A stretch of DNA of 62,950 bases, filler included, from Octopus bimaculoides (lineage: Eukaryota), in the NCBI RefSeq assembly GCF_001194135.2. It is 7 parts of 7 records of this genome, joined end to end, with 100 filler letters (N's around TTAATTAATTAA, not from the genome) between each part and the next. Parts side by side here need not be neighbours in the genome. Positions count along the whole stretch, not along the records: positions 10,652 to 22,218 come from NC_068987.1; positions 22,319 to 37,999 come from NC_068990.1; 5 more parts are not named here. One strand, written 5' to 3'. Numbering within the stretch: the stretch's first letter is position 1; each line of letters starts with the position of its first letter. Below the pieces are notes generated by a model, which saw only the letters and a program-made list of their open reading frames with translations, did no database searches and was not told the origin of the DNA. Of this stretch, positions 13,015 to 25,371 are shown one piece after another. The position numbers and the translations under genes were made by a program.

Positions 13015-13530
13015 ATGATTTCTAATTTTGGCACAAGGCCAGCAATTTCAGGGAAGGGGGCTAGTCGATTACATCGACTCCAGTACTCAACTGGTATTTA
13101 CTTTATCAACCCCGAAATGATGAAAGACAAAGTCGACCTCGGCAGAATTTGAACTTCGAATGCATAGACGGACGAAATGCTGCAAAACATTTTGCCCAGC
13201 GTGATAACGATTCTGCCAACTCGCCGATTAGAATCCTAAATTATTATAAACACTACTCTAAAGTCGGTGTCTAAGATCATACAATGATTTATAAGTTTGT
13301 AGTATGAATTTCCTGGGACGGCAACCAGCTGGCTGGATCGTTACAGCTACGAGACAAAACGCTTAGCTGTATTCTTCCGACTTTACTTTCTGAGTTCAAA
13401 TTCTGCCGGGTTAGACTTTGCTCTTCATTCTTTCAGGATCGATTAAATAAACATCAGTTGAGCACTGGGATTGATGTAATCGACTTACCCATCTCCCGAA
13501 ATGGCTAGCCTTGTGCCAAAATTTAAACTA
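13015..13530. mobile_element. Two SINE family B copies in divergent orientation (13015-13228 minus; 13325-13530 plus)
   Basis: Both homologous to 34588-34793. Confidence 0.8.
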
Positions 13531-14039
13531 ATATAAATTTCTTGATATTCCTATACAGAGTTGTTCCCCTCCAACGAAAATTTTGAATTGCTATTTACAT
13601 GGGATGATTTAGGGTAAATAATCGTCTGCAACTTATATATTTTCAAAAAAAAGTAGCATGGTTTTAAGACTTTGAAACATTTCTTTTTAATTACGAATTG
13701 TTAGAGACTTCAGTAGCAAGCGTTTTCAAATTTAATCATCTCTTCTATCGCTGATACTGTGAATTTTTTATTGACTCAGTTTCACCAGATTTTAATGTTT
13801 GGTGTAGAGATTTTCTACGAAGCATTTTCTAATCCACTTCTCTTATGATTTTAACAACTAAAAGGGCTTTGTTCACTTTCCATTATTGTTTGAAAACTTC
13901 CTTTATGTTTGTCTGCTAAGCATTTTCAACATCAATGCATTTTCAGGTGCAGGCATGGCTATGTGGTAAGAAGTTTACTTCCCAACCACGTGGTTGCAGG
14001 TTCCCAACCACGTGGTTGCAGGTTCAAACCCACTGCATG

Positions 14040-14365
14040 ACTTATTCTTTGTAAGTTTAGTACTTATTCTATCAGTCTCTTTTGCCGAACCGCTAAGTTA
14101 TGGGGACGTAAACACACCAGCATCAGTTGTCAAGCGATGTTGGGGGGACAAACACAGACACACAAACATGTAGACATACATACATATATATATACATACA
14201 TACGACGAGCTTCTTTCAGTTTCTGTCTACCAAATCCACTCACAAGGCTTTGGTCAGCCCGAGGCTATAGTAGAAGACACTTGTCCAATGTGCCACGCAG
14301 TGGGATTGAACCCAGAACCATGCGGTTCATAAGCAAACAACTTACCACACAGCCACTTCTACGCC
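14040..14365 (-). mobile_element. SINE family A copy
   Basis: Reverse complement of 23066-23370. Confidence 0.9.
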
Positions 14366-14463
14366 TATGAGGAATATCTTTCTCCATATGAGAAATATTT
14401 TTCGGTTTCCTGAGATGGCTTACAGTAAAACAAAGTTTTCTTTCATCGTTTTTTTGCGTATTA

Positions 14464-14509
<46 letters not shown>

Positions 14510-14521
14510 CATCATCATTAT

Positions 14522-14755
14522 TAGACAATAAGAAGAGCACGATGCAATTTGTAATAGAGATTGTTTATCCAACAGATTGAACAATATCTCAAAAGATCGT
14601 CTGTTCTCTTTGGGTTAAAAATAAACAAAAAAAAACAAAGAATGCAGAAAGACATTTTGAACCCAAAGAAGATACACGATCTGTTGAAATATGGTTCAAT
14701 TTGTTAAATAAACAATCTCTATTACAAATTTCACCACACTCTTCTTAATTGTCTA
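14522..14755. repeat. Foldback/MITE-like palindrome (about 95-bp arms)
   Basis: Left arm tagacaataagaagag...aatttgtaatagagattgttt...tttgggttaaaaat is the reverse complement of the right arm ending gtcta. Possible TA target duplication. Confidence 0.75.
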
Positions 14756-14804
14756 TTTACCTTCATGAAGAGCTGCATCAATCTTTATAAATCCTCCTCC
14801 TCCT

Positions 14805-14815
14805 CCTCATTATTA

Positions 14816-14852
<37 letters not shown>

Positions 14853-14859
14853 CGTTATC

Positions 14860-14949
<90 letters not shown>

Positions 14950-14950
14950 T
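14805..14950. repeat. (ATT)n microsatellite
   Basis: Direct inspection. Other (AAT/ATT)n arrays at 14460-14521 and 47936-48017. Confidence 0.95.
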
Positions 14951-15210
14951 TCTTCTTCTTCTTTGATAACAGCTTTCATTGGTCAAATTCCAGTGTTTAA
15001 CAAAGCACTGTATGCAATTACTTATGCCACACTCTCTCAATGTATTCGTTTACATTTTAGTTCAGATGTAAGACAACACGTTTATATTATGCATGCTCAT
15101 GTTGCCCTTCCCTGCCTGGCCCAAATATGTACATGTCTCCTTTTTCATAAAATTTGAATAAAGGTTGAGTGTATCTTGATAATTGCCTCAAAAAATTTTG
15201 TCTATGTATT

Positions 15211-15570
15211 TATTACCTCTGCCTTAGCGAATGTGGAGGTGTTGTCTTTAGTTGTGCTTGTTTATTTGTCCATGGACAAGATATCTCAAGAACCACTGGA
15301 TGGATTCGGATGAAACTTTCAGGGATGTTTGGCCTCATGACTGGCACAAACTGATTCAATTTTGAGATCGATCTGGTACTGGACAAGGATTCTGGATTAT
15401 TTAGCCTGTTTTGTTTTTTTTGCTTAATTTTTGAGAACAGTTGGGTTCATTTTTAGTTTTCTCGTTTTTGAGAGCATTCGAGTTTATTTCAGTTATTCTC
15501 TCTGGCTAATCATTGAGAGGACATTGGTGTTGCCTTGGCAGAGGTTTGTGTTCTTTGAGTGCTCTTGTTT
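15211..15570 (+). mobile_element. Helentron-associated non-autonomous element (HINE/DINE-1-like)
   Basis: 5' subterminal motif acctctgcc (15215-15223) with an adjacent inverted copy gtggaggt (15233-15240). Its exact reverse complement ggcagaggt lies near the 3' end (15537-15545), followed by a short stem-loop (15548-15562). Flanks are T-rich. Confidence 0.7.
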
Positions 15571-15599
15571 ATTTATTTATTTGGGTAATGTCTGTGTGC

Positions 15600-16339
15600 A
15601 TAAACAACAGGGTGTAAGTGATTTGAGAGAAAAACTGGGTATAAGAGGCATCACATGTTGTGTGCAAGAGAGAAGACTGTGCTGGTATGGTCATATGATG
15701 TGTATGAATGAAGACAGTTGCATCAAGGGGTGCTGAGCTCTAACTGTGGCAGGACCGTGTGGAAGGGGTAGACCCAGGAAGATGTGGGGAGAAAGGATCT
15801 TCTGATGTTGAGCCTCACAGTGGGGATGTCAGGGGAGCGAGACAGTCTGCTGTGTTGGAGAAGACACATGAAGCTAAGTAAACGCATAGTTGTCCTTGCA
15901 TACAGGCATATCCCTCTGCATCCCCCTTCTGCTGAGCGTTCCTAATCTTGCTAGCTTATGGATACCAGTAAATAGCACCATTTGATCGTAATCGTTACCA
16001 GCCGTTGCCTTCTAGCACTTGTGCTGGTGGCAAGTTAGAAAATCATTCGAGCGAGGTCGTTGCCAGTGCTGCTGGACTGGCTCCCATGCAGGTGGTACGT
16101 AAAAAACACCTTTCTGAGTGTGGCCGTTGCCAGTGCCATGTGACTGGCCCTCATGCCGGTGGCACGTAAAAGCACCCACTACACTCTCGGAGTGGTTGGT
16201 GTTAGGAAGGGCATCCATCTGTAGATACTCTGCCAGATCAGATTGGAGCCTGGTGCAGCCTTCTGGCTTGCCAGTCCTCAGTCAAATCGTCCAACCCATG
16301 CTAGCATGGAAACCAGACGTTAAACGATGATGATGATGA
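15600..16339 (+). mobile_element. 5'-truncated RTE LINE: RT C-terminus + 3' UTR with (GAT)n tail
   Basis: LREKLGIRGITCCVQERRLCWYGHMM. The 3' UTR is nearly identical to 42100-42541 and ends cgttaaacgatgatgatgatg. Confidence 0.85.
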
Positions 16340-17854
16340 NNNNNNNNNNNNNNNNNNNNNNNNNNNNNNNNNNNNNNNNNNNNNNNNNNNNNNNNNNNNN
16401 NNNNNNNNNNNNNNNNNNNNNNNNNNNNNNNNNNNNNNNNNNNNNNNNNNNNNNNNNNNNNNNNNNNNNNNNNNNNNNNNNNNNNNNNNNNATATATATA
16501 TGTTCAGTTTCTGTTTACCAAATCTACTCACAAGGCTTATATATTCATCATTTCCAAAACTATATTTCAAAAACACTAGGTTTTCTTCCAAGGAGACCCA
16601 AAATATTTCAACTCTGATGTCTTACCTTATACAAAAGCACAAGTTAACCATGTTGGGCTATAACTCACATATATAACAGCAATGCAGCAACTCACTCGCA
16701 CATCCTAGACTACACTCAAAACCAGGACACTTGGCTGACTGACAAAAAATTCAATGACTAACACATTTAGCCAACACAGTGTTCCTTTTCTTTATCTTTT
16801 CCACCACTACTACCACAGTCACTGCTCCTCTAAACTAGCTCACTTGCATAATATCCCCTTCACCTAGGCCTATCAATCTCCCTCTCATAATATTTCCGGC
16901 GTCTTGTCTTATATCCCACACTAAACACTTTATTTAACCCTATTTCTTAGAACCGTAACCCAGCAATTCTCTCACTGGTCGTGTTACTACTGTTATTGTT
17001 TAACCCAAGATATTTTTGATCAAACAAATTTAGGATTGATCATTCCATATTATTTTCAGAAAACATATCTTTTTCTATTGTATGATAAAGTGAGATTTGA
17101 TGGGAATTTGCCTGCTATTTCTAGCAGGAAGAATGACCATGTGGTTGGTGGCTCTTTTATTGATTCATCCTTACTCATGTATTTCCATCAAATGTCGATT
17201 ATAGATCAGCAAACTGAATAGCAATTATAATGATATTACTCATCAAAGATCTCCACAAAAAGTTGTTTCCTCCTCCTCCCCTTCCTCCGCCTCCTCCTCC
17301 CCTCCTCCGTCTCCTCCTCCGTCTCTTCCTCCTCCTCAACTGTTGGATGACAAAACCACATTCGGTCTGGTTTCAGATGGCACATTCAAGATTTCACCTG
17401 TTGAAGGAACAAAAGATCAGGCATTCAAGAACAATGCTGGCTTAAACAAAGTCACTTAAAATATTTGTTCTGCACTGGGTCATGTCCACTTCCTTGTCTC
17501 TCTTGTCATCAAAATGTCAGTGCATGCCATTCATTGATCCACTGGAAAAAGAAAAATAATGGTTAACTGATTATGCTATTGTTCACTATTTATACATATC
17601 CTTTTCTCTTGTATATTACAATATATTCAATATAGTTTGTACAATGACTTATATATATATATATATGATTCACACACACACATACGCAGATACATATAAA
17701 TATATATATTACGGAGATATACTTGCATAGCAAGTGACTTCATCTGAGATCATGTGCTGAAACAAAAACAACTGCTACATGGAAGGTGTTTATAAGCCAT
17801 TTAAAAACACACAAAAGAACCGTTAGATTCACTTCGACATTTAAATATGATTTG

Positions 17855-17901
17855 TGTCAAAATATTTTCATCACTTTGAAACTGCAACCTGTTCACTGAC
17901 A
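17855..17901 (-). ncRNA. Variant minimal hammerhead fold with G3/C8 core (GUGAACA)
   Basis: Stem I tgtca/tgaca. Core GUGAACA plus an extra G. Stem II gttgc/gtgat (wobble-rich). GAAA, then palindromic AAUAUU stem III. Confidence 0.5.
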
Positions 17902-17947
17902 ATATGTATGTATGTATGTGTGTGAATGCGTGCGTGTCTGTATATAT

Positions 17948-18318
17948 ACTCTTTTACTCTGTTGCTTGTTTCAGTCATTTGACTGCGGCCATGCTGGAGC
18001 ACCGCCTTTAGTCGAGCAAATTGATCCCAGGACTTATTTTTTGTAAGTCTAGTGCTTATTCTAAGTGACATGGACATAAGCACACCAGCATTGGTTGTCA
18101 AGCAATGTTGGGGGAACAAACACAGACGCACAAACATATACACAAATATATATATATATATATACGACAGGCTTCTTTCAGTTTCCATCTCCCAAATCCA
18201 CTCACAAGGGTTTGGTCAGCCCAAAGCTATAGTAGAAGACACTTGCCCAAGATGCCATGCAGTGGGACTGAACCCGGAACAATGTGGTTAGTAAGCAAGT
18301 TACTTACCACACAGCCAT
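17948..18318 (-). mobile_element. SINE family A copy
   Basis: Reverse complement of 23066-23458. Confidence 0.9.
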
Positions 18319-19029
18319 CACTTTAGAGAACTGTTCCATCCTTTCCCTTCAGGAATTTATTAAATGAAATTTTTTTTTAAATCCAAAATTTTCCAGGTCT
18401 AATTAGCATACCAAAACAGTCATACCAACGAAGTATTTTCTATGGTATTTTCTTTTTCAACAATGACAGTATTTCAGGAAAATTTCATTTTATTAAAAAA
18501 TATTTGTCACAAAGGTTTTCTTTATGGACGGAAACATAATTTATTGCGACTTTAATAGGAAAGGTGTTCATGCCATACAGTTAATCGAAATAATGAGATG
18601 AAACAGTGTAATATGACACATAGGGAAAATCTGTGTTAGTAACTCAACATGGGGGTTATTTTTTTAATATACCGAGTAAATATTCAGGTACCATGATATC
18701 ACTTCTTCAATTATCCTCAATTGAATATGCGACTGTAAGAACAGTTATTAGGAGAGTGTGCCACAACTTGACCCAAATCACTCTGAATTGGTGAAAGTGG
18801 AGGATGTCATGGTGACTCAGACGTCCTGACACTCTGCAAAATAGGCAGCTAATTTGACCATATTTATAGGCTGTGTTCACAGAAAGTTCTAGTTGAACCA
18901 CGAAAATATCATTTGAACAACAGCCATTCATTGGTTAAATTCTCGGTTGTCCATATGTTCAAACTTTGACTGAATTGTGGCTTAAGATTCATGTGTGGCA
19001 AAACATGGGATCAAATCTAATTCGACATA

Positions 19030-19489
19030 TTGATTTAATTCTGTTGTGTCTGGGAAGAGTCCTTCTCTTTTGGTGCCTTGTAATTTAACACACTCACTGA
19101 TAAAATTTCCACTCGTTTCTTTTTTAATTTTCTAAAATTTTCGTTGCGCCTTGCAACCTTTTCAATAGTCGTTGACTCTGTTCGTTACTCATATTGCGTT
19201 CCTTTTTCTTTGTTTGTGCACATGTGTGTCGATCAGTGTGTGTGTGTGTGTGTGTGTGCCTATACATGCATGCATGTATGCATGTATGTATGCATGTGTG
19301 TGTATACATGTATGTGTGTGTGTGCATATGTATCTATCTATGTGTGTGCATTTGTATGTATGTATTCTGCATATTCATGTTTGCATGTCCATGTTTGTGT
19401 GTTTTTATGTATGTGCATGTGTGTGTGTTTGTATATGTGTGTGTGTGTACCTCTGTCTCCTTGTGTGTGCATACGTGTGTATGTGTGTG

Positions 19490-19539
<50 letters not shown>

Positions 19540-19700
19540 GCAAGACGCAACAAAAATTTTAGAAGAATAAAAAAGAAATAAGCGGAAATTTTACCGGTGA
19601 GTGTGTTAAATTATAAGGCACCGAAAGAGAATGACTCTCCCCAGACACAACAGAATATGCTTCAACACACGAACTCACATAAAGAACCTTGCAAACCACA
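19030..19700. repeat. Dispersed repeat carrying a compound (TG/TATG) microsatellite, bracketed by about 120-bp inverted arms
   Basis: 19035-19157 and 19538-19657 are reverse complements. 19030-19480 matches 56470-56880 on the opposite strand, including the microsatellite pattern. Confidence 0.75.
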
Positions 19701-19902
19701 TCCAAAAACGAAATATTGATTTAAGAAATTCCAGAAACAGATAGGGTAATTTTCCTCAACATAAGGCACATTAAGCACAGGCTTAAATACATAGTTCTGG
19801 GTTCAGTCCCAGTGCATGTCTTCTACTATAACCTTGAGCCAACCAAAGACGCGTGAGTGGATTTGGTTGATGGAAACTGAAAGAAGCCTATCATAAATAT
19901 AT

Positions 19903-19938
<36 letters not shown>

Positions 19939-21249
19939 CAACATCATCATCATCAGTGTATCATATATCCCATAAAGAAACACACTTTAGAGCAGTAATG
20001 TATTTATAAGCAGTTAAGGATATGTCTGGTCCAATGGATTTATATCCATAAGGCATTTCGCCATATGGACAACTCAGCAGACCCTAATGGTGCAGGGCAT
20101 ATACCTCTTCAAACTAGAGGTAGAAATCCATTACCATCCAATTAGTAAACAAAGAATACGGATTCAATTAGTAAACAAAGAATACAGATCTAATTAGTAA
20201 ACAATGAATAAACCTTGTGGGTTGGCGAGGACGAGTTATCTCCCTTAGATCAGTTTAGTTGGCAGTCCATATTGGCTAAAGTGGCTAATGGGGAACCTCT
20301 GTCCATAGGTTGCTTCCAGTCCATAAGAACTTTTTCCTGTTCTAAATTGGTGAATGGGGTATTTCATGCTTGCAGCAGGTAGTGTTTGAGATGAGGGCAG
20401 AGGCTATAAATTTTGTGTCAAGAATTTAATAGTAATATATGCTGAAAACATAAATCAACCAGCGTTTCAACTCTGTGTGAATATATTTGTGTGTATGTAA
20501 AAGGGTGAGGGTATGTGAATGTGTGTGTGTGTCTGTCTGCATGTGCGTGTATGTATGTGTGTGTGAGTGTGTGTGTGCGCATGCATGCAATGGAAGTGGG
20601 ATGATTAACATTCAACGCTGAAAAGAAAAATCAAACAGCATTTCAACTCTATGTATTTTGTATTTACTTACCAGCTCTTGTATTTAGTCATGGCCAGTTT
20701 TATGTGGCCTTAAATTGGACAAGAAGGAAAGAAAACTTGAAAATTCTTTTGAAGGAAACAAGCAATGAAAGGATGTTAATTGCAGATAGATTTTTCACAA
20801 AAAATTTAGTTATAAATCAAAATCTTAGTTTTGTACCTTATTTATGTATAAAATACTACAATTAGCCATCCTTTTTGACAGCACGGGACCCAGCTAGTAT
20901 ATATATATATATATATATATGAGTTCAGCAAAAATTTAGATTCAAGTGAATACTTAAGTTTACGCACCAGAATTTAGTACGGTATTATCCATACAATTTC
21001 AAAGTAAGGTGATAAAAATCAAAATAAGCAACAAGGATATCCAGAGGTAATACAGTATGATCGTTTCAAGCAACTCCATTTAATTGAACAATGTAATCAT
21101 TACATCAATTTAAAAGGCAGAGCAATCTTCAGCTGTACAAAGACATAGAATTTAATTAAATTTGAACAGATGAACACATTAGTATAATAATACCTAAAAT
21201 CTCCCAGAGGTTAGGGAGACAGACAGAGAACATCTTGCTTTAGCCACAC

Positions 21250-21560
21250 CATGGAAGCTAATAAATAAAATGTCAAAGAAGACTGCCTTTCACTGATTTT
21301 ATGTGCTTTTTTAGTTTAGATTTATAGACAATAATATCAAACCTTGTATATCTAAAGCTTAAGAGAATAAAGGGCATTATCTGTTAAGGGTAGGGGTGAG
21401 AGAGTAGACAGAAATCATGGTTGGTATAGTCATAAACTCATGAGGTTTGGTAAAGGAAAACTTAAAATAAGATGTTGGCTGACAACTAAGGGGTTGCCCA
21501 CTAGCAGACCTTTGATAATGAAACAGGAGAAGTCTTATCATGTAGCACTATAGTTAAAAG
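21250..21560 (-). mobile_element. Possible Penelope-like RT remnant
   Basis: KGLLVGNPL (cf. G..MG.PLS) and LDIQ.L (cf. FLDI) in the expected order. Weak. Confidence 0.3.
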
Positions 21561-22054
21561 TTTTAAAACAATGTTACTATATTGTATACAAAACAAAGAT
21601 TATGGCTATTCATACGGTTATTAATAAGAATATATAAACAAAAGGATAGAAATTTATGGATACTTTTGAGCATATACCAAACTTATACCACAATAGAGGG
21701 AGGAAAAGAAAAGAAAATTATTCAGAAATAGTTTAATATTTATATATATATATACTGTACACTTAAAAAACTAACTCATCATATGGTATCTATGAATATT
21801 GATTAATAGGTATATACTGATATTAATAAAGGAGTATTGAGGTGAAAGAACATTCTAATTATATATTAATAAAATTATATTCTAAGGAGATTTTTTTATA
21901 TATGCAGTAAATATATCAGTATAGTTTTATATACGCTAAGTATGAATTAATAGAGATACAAAGATTTGCTTAATTTATTTATGAATAAATAAAGGCTAGT
22001 TATTAATTAATAAAGAAATGAAATAAAATAATCAATTAGGGCAGATATATGCCC

Positions 22055-22088
<34 letters not shown>

Positions 22089-22569
22089 TGGTTACATTAC
22101 AAATCAGGCTGAAGAGAAATAGACAGTCGGTAAGATTGTTAAATTTTGAAACCGGTCCCTGTTTAATAATGATTTTTTTCGGTGATTTTAAATGTCTTGC
22201 CCGCTTACGTTTTGGTATNNNNNNNNNNNNNNNNNNNNNNNNNNNNNNNNNNNNNNNNNNNNTTAATTAATTAANNNNNNNNNNNNNNNNNNNNNNNNNN
22301 NNNNNNNNNNNNNNNNNNTGTCAAAAGAACAAGACAAGCGTTCCAAAATTATGTTTCTCGACATTTTTCAAATGTCAAGAAGGAAATTTTTGTATTTTGC
22401 TAGGGCCGAAACTGCCCCTGGGGGTCAATTCCTGCCCTTGAAAATACACACAAATGAAGCCTAGGTGCTTCGCAACAAAATTATTAAAAAATTCCAACAA
22501 AATGTGGACAGTAAAAGGTCAAATAAACGTTTACCTTCGCAGCCGATGTGACAGCACGTCCGTGAGAAG

Positions 22570-22618
<49 letters not shown>
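22570..22618. repeat. (GATA)n tetranucleotide microsatellite
   Basis: Direct inspection. Confidence 0.95.
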
Positions 22619-22619
<1 letters not shown>

Positions 22620-22704
22620 ATTTGTCTTCAGAGAAAGTAGGAGAAATGAGAAAAGAAAGAGACGTTGGAGGTATGAAGAAAAGAGATAAATAGTTTTAGC
22701 ATCT

Positions 22705-22905
22705 CGCATAAGGCCAGTAATTTTTGGTGTTGGTGTAAGTTGATTACCTCGACCCCAGTTCTTTACTGGTTCTTATTCTATCGACCCCGAAGCGATGAAA
22801 GGCAAAGTCGACCTTGGTAGAATGTGAATGCAGAAAATATAGACGGACGAAATACTGCTTAAGATTTTGCCTGGCGAGTTAATGTTTCTGTCAGCTCCTC
22901 GCCTT
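22705..22905 (-). mobile_element. SINE family B copy
   Basis: Reverse-complement homology to 34588-34793. Further copies or pieces at about 5905-6050, 23595-23785, 24880-25080, 27550-27725 and 48040-48388. Confidence 0.8.
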
Positions 22906-23065
22906 AGAGTGATATATAAGTATGGAGCGATAGAAGTAAGTTGTTAAATGAATATTTCATCTATTCTGTTTGTTTTCTCGTAGACTGACTTAGGCCATGA
23001 CAAATTCTTTAACCCTTTTGTTAGTCTTCCCCTAAAGTCTTCGAATTTGTTGTTTTTTTTATCTA

Positions 23066-23458
23066 GGCGCAGGAGTGGCTGTGTGGTAAGTAACTTGCTT
23101 ACCAACCACATGGTTCTGGGTTCAGTCCCACTGCGTGGCACCTTGGGCAAGTGTCTTCTACTATAGCCTCGGGCCGACCAAAGCCTTGTGAGTGGATTTG
23201 GTAGACGGAAATTGAAAGAAGCCCGTCGTATATATGTATATATATATGTATGTGTGTGTTTGTCCCCCCAACAAAGCTTGACAACCGATGCTGGTGTGTT
23301 TACGTCCCCGTAACTTAGCGGTTCGGCAAAAGAGACTGATAGAATAAGTACTAGGCTTACAAAGAATAAGTCCTGGCGTCGATTTGCTCGACTAAAGGCG
23401 GTGCTCCAGCATGGCCGCAGTCAAATGACCGAAACAAGTAAAAGAGTAAAAGAGAGAG
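23066..23458 (+). mobile_element. tRNA-derived SINE family A, full-length copy
   Basis: Head ggcgcaggagtggctgtgtggtaag...gggttcagtccca (A/B box), central (TA)/(TG) tract, tail gtaaaagagtaaaagag. Many homologous copies in the window. Confidence 0.9.
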
Positions 23459-25371
23459 TAGCTATTTTTAGTGTCTATCTCTAGGTGACCCTTGATCAAT
23501 CGTCTATTTGATCAAAGGCTTTCTAACCGTGACCATTCCGTCTTTTCGGAAGTATCTAAGAATTTAGAGCATGATTTCAAGGAGAGTAAATATTCCAGAT
23601 TTTGTCACAAGGCCAGCAATTTTTGGGAGGTGGGGAAGTTGGTTATATGAATCCTAGTCTTCAACTGGTGCATATTATATCGACCTCGAAAGGATGAAAA
23701 GCAAAGTCGTCCACGGTGGAATTTGAACTTAGAATGTAACGATGAACGAAATGCCACCAAGCGAGCGAAGGATTCTGCCAGCCCGCTATCTTAAGGAGAA
23801 TTAACATTGCTATTTCTCTCAGGTCTAGGGAACACGTACTCTCGCTTGTTGACACGCATTGTAAACACGAGAAAGATCTTACTTACGATTAGAGGTAAGT
23901 TCATCGCCATCAATTCACCGTGAAGAAAGTTCACCGCGAGGGAAGTTTACCGAGAAAATATATCCATAGTATCTTACCATTAATAGTTAAAAACTATTTT
24001 ATTGGAAAAAGAAAAAAAAGAAGCGGTGAATTGATAACGGTGAACTTTCTCTGCGGTAGATTGATGACGGTGATGTTACCTGCCGAGCCTGCTTACATAC
24101 AATATTATATATTTAAGCAACCTTAAGCAAACTTAAGCAACCTGCAAAAGCTATAATAGGATCATTAGTAAATCAAACAAAGCGTCCATCTATTTCATGG
24201 CCTGCAAACCGTGGTACAAGTAAACTAGCTTTCATCCCTTTTATTCGCTCCCAGATGAGCAGCATTTACACGCTGTCTATGTATTTCGTGCTAAATATCC
24301 ATTTTCTCTGCAACTAAAGGCCTCAAAATTATGCTCCAATGGAGATCTAACGTAATAGTTTCCTTCAGTACAGACAAAAATATGACAAAACACAATCTCG
24401 GCACATCTTTTGCATTACATCCACCAAAACATATGAACGTATGTAAGTTCAATAAGTGTAATTGCTGTGTTGAGTGCATAGTCTCGGGTAAGTTCGTTGT
24501 TATAAAAGCTGCAATTAAAATTAATCCGATAATCTTGCTGTTCCTTATCAATGTATATAGACTTATAGAGAATTGTATTCTTGTCGTACAAATGTGTGAC
24601 AGTATAATACATTACGTAGAAATGCCTCATTAATGAGACAGCTTTCATATAATGTGAATCAATCCACATATATATTATACACACGAACAAACACATACAC
24701 ACTTACACATGCATATATATCATAGTATATTGTAGATAAATCTTCATGAGGGAAGACTGCAGTGTCAGTTACGAAAATATACATCATCTACACTACAAAA
24801 ACTATTTGTGCTTTACCATTTATTATGTGGAAAGAGTTACTGGGAAATAGGTTTACTTAAACGCATACGCAGGAAGCTTACTTCTACGATTCTGAGATCC
24901 TTGTGCCAAAATTTGAAACCAATATTTTTAGCGCTTCATTTCACATTCCACCAGGGTCAACAATACTTTTCATACTTTGGGGGTCGATAAGATAAGTAAC
25001 TGTTGAGCATTGTTGTTGATGTAATCGACTCACCCCTTCCTTGAAACTGCTGGCCTTGTGCCAAAATTTGCACCCGATATTTTTAGCGTCATATCTTTCC
25101 ATGCTCATTTCCATGCACAGGATTAGATTAATATTTAATTCTTTACTAGAAACAATCACAAACTCTATTTTTGTCTTAACCAATCTTCTAATGATTACAC
25201 GTAATCAGTTTTAATCTCATTACATTTCGTAATGACTCTTTGGTACTTTTCCACTTTTATATTTTTCATTACACATTTCCTTTTAATAATCCTTCCAGTT
25301 CTCCCTTCCTCAGTTTTAGTGTACATTAAAACAAGCAACACATTGTTTCAGCGTTCTGTTATAGACCTTGA

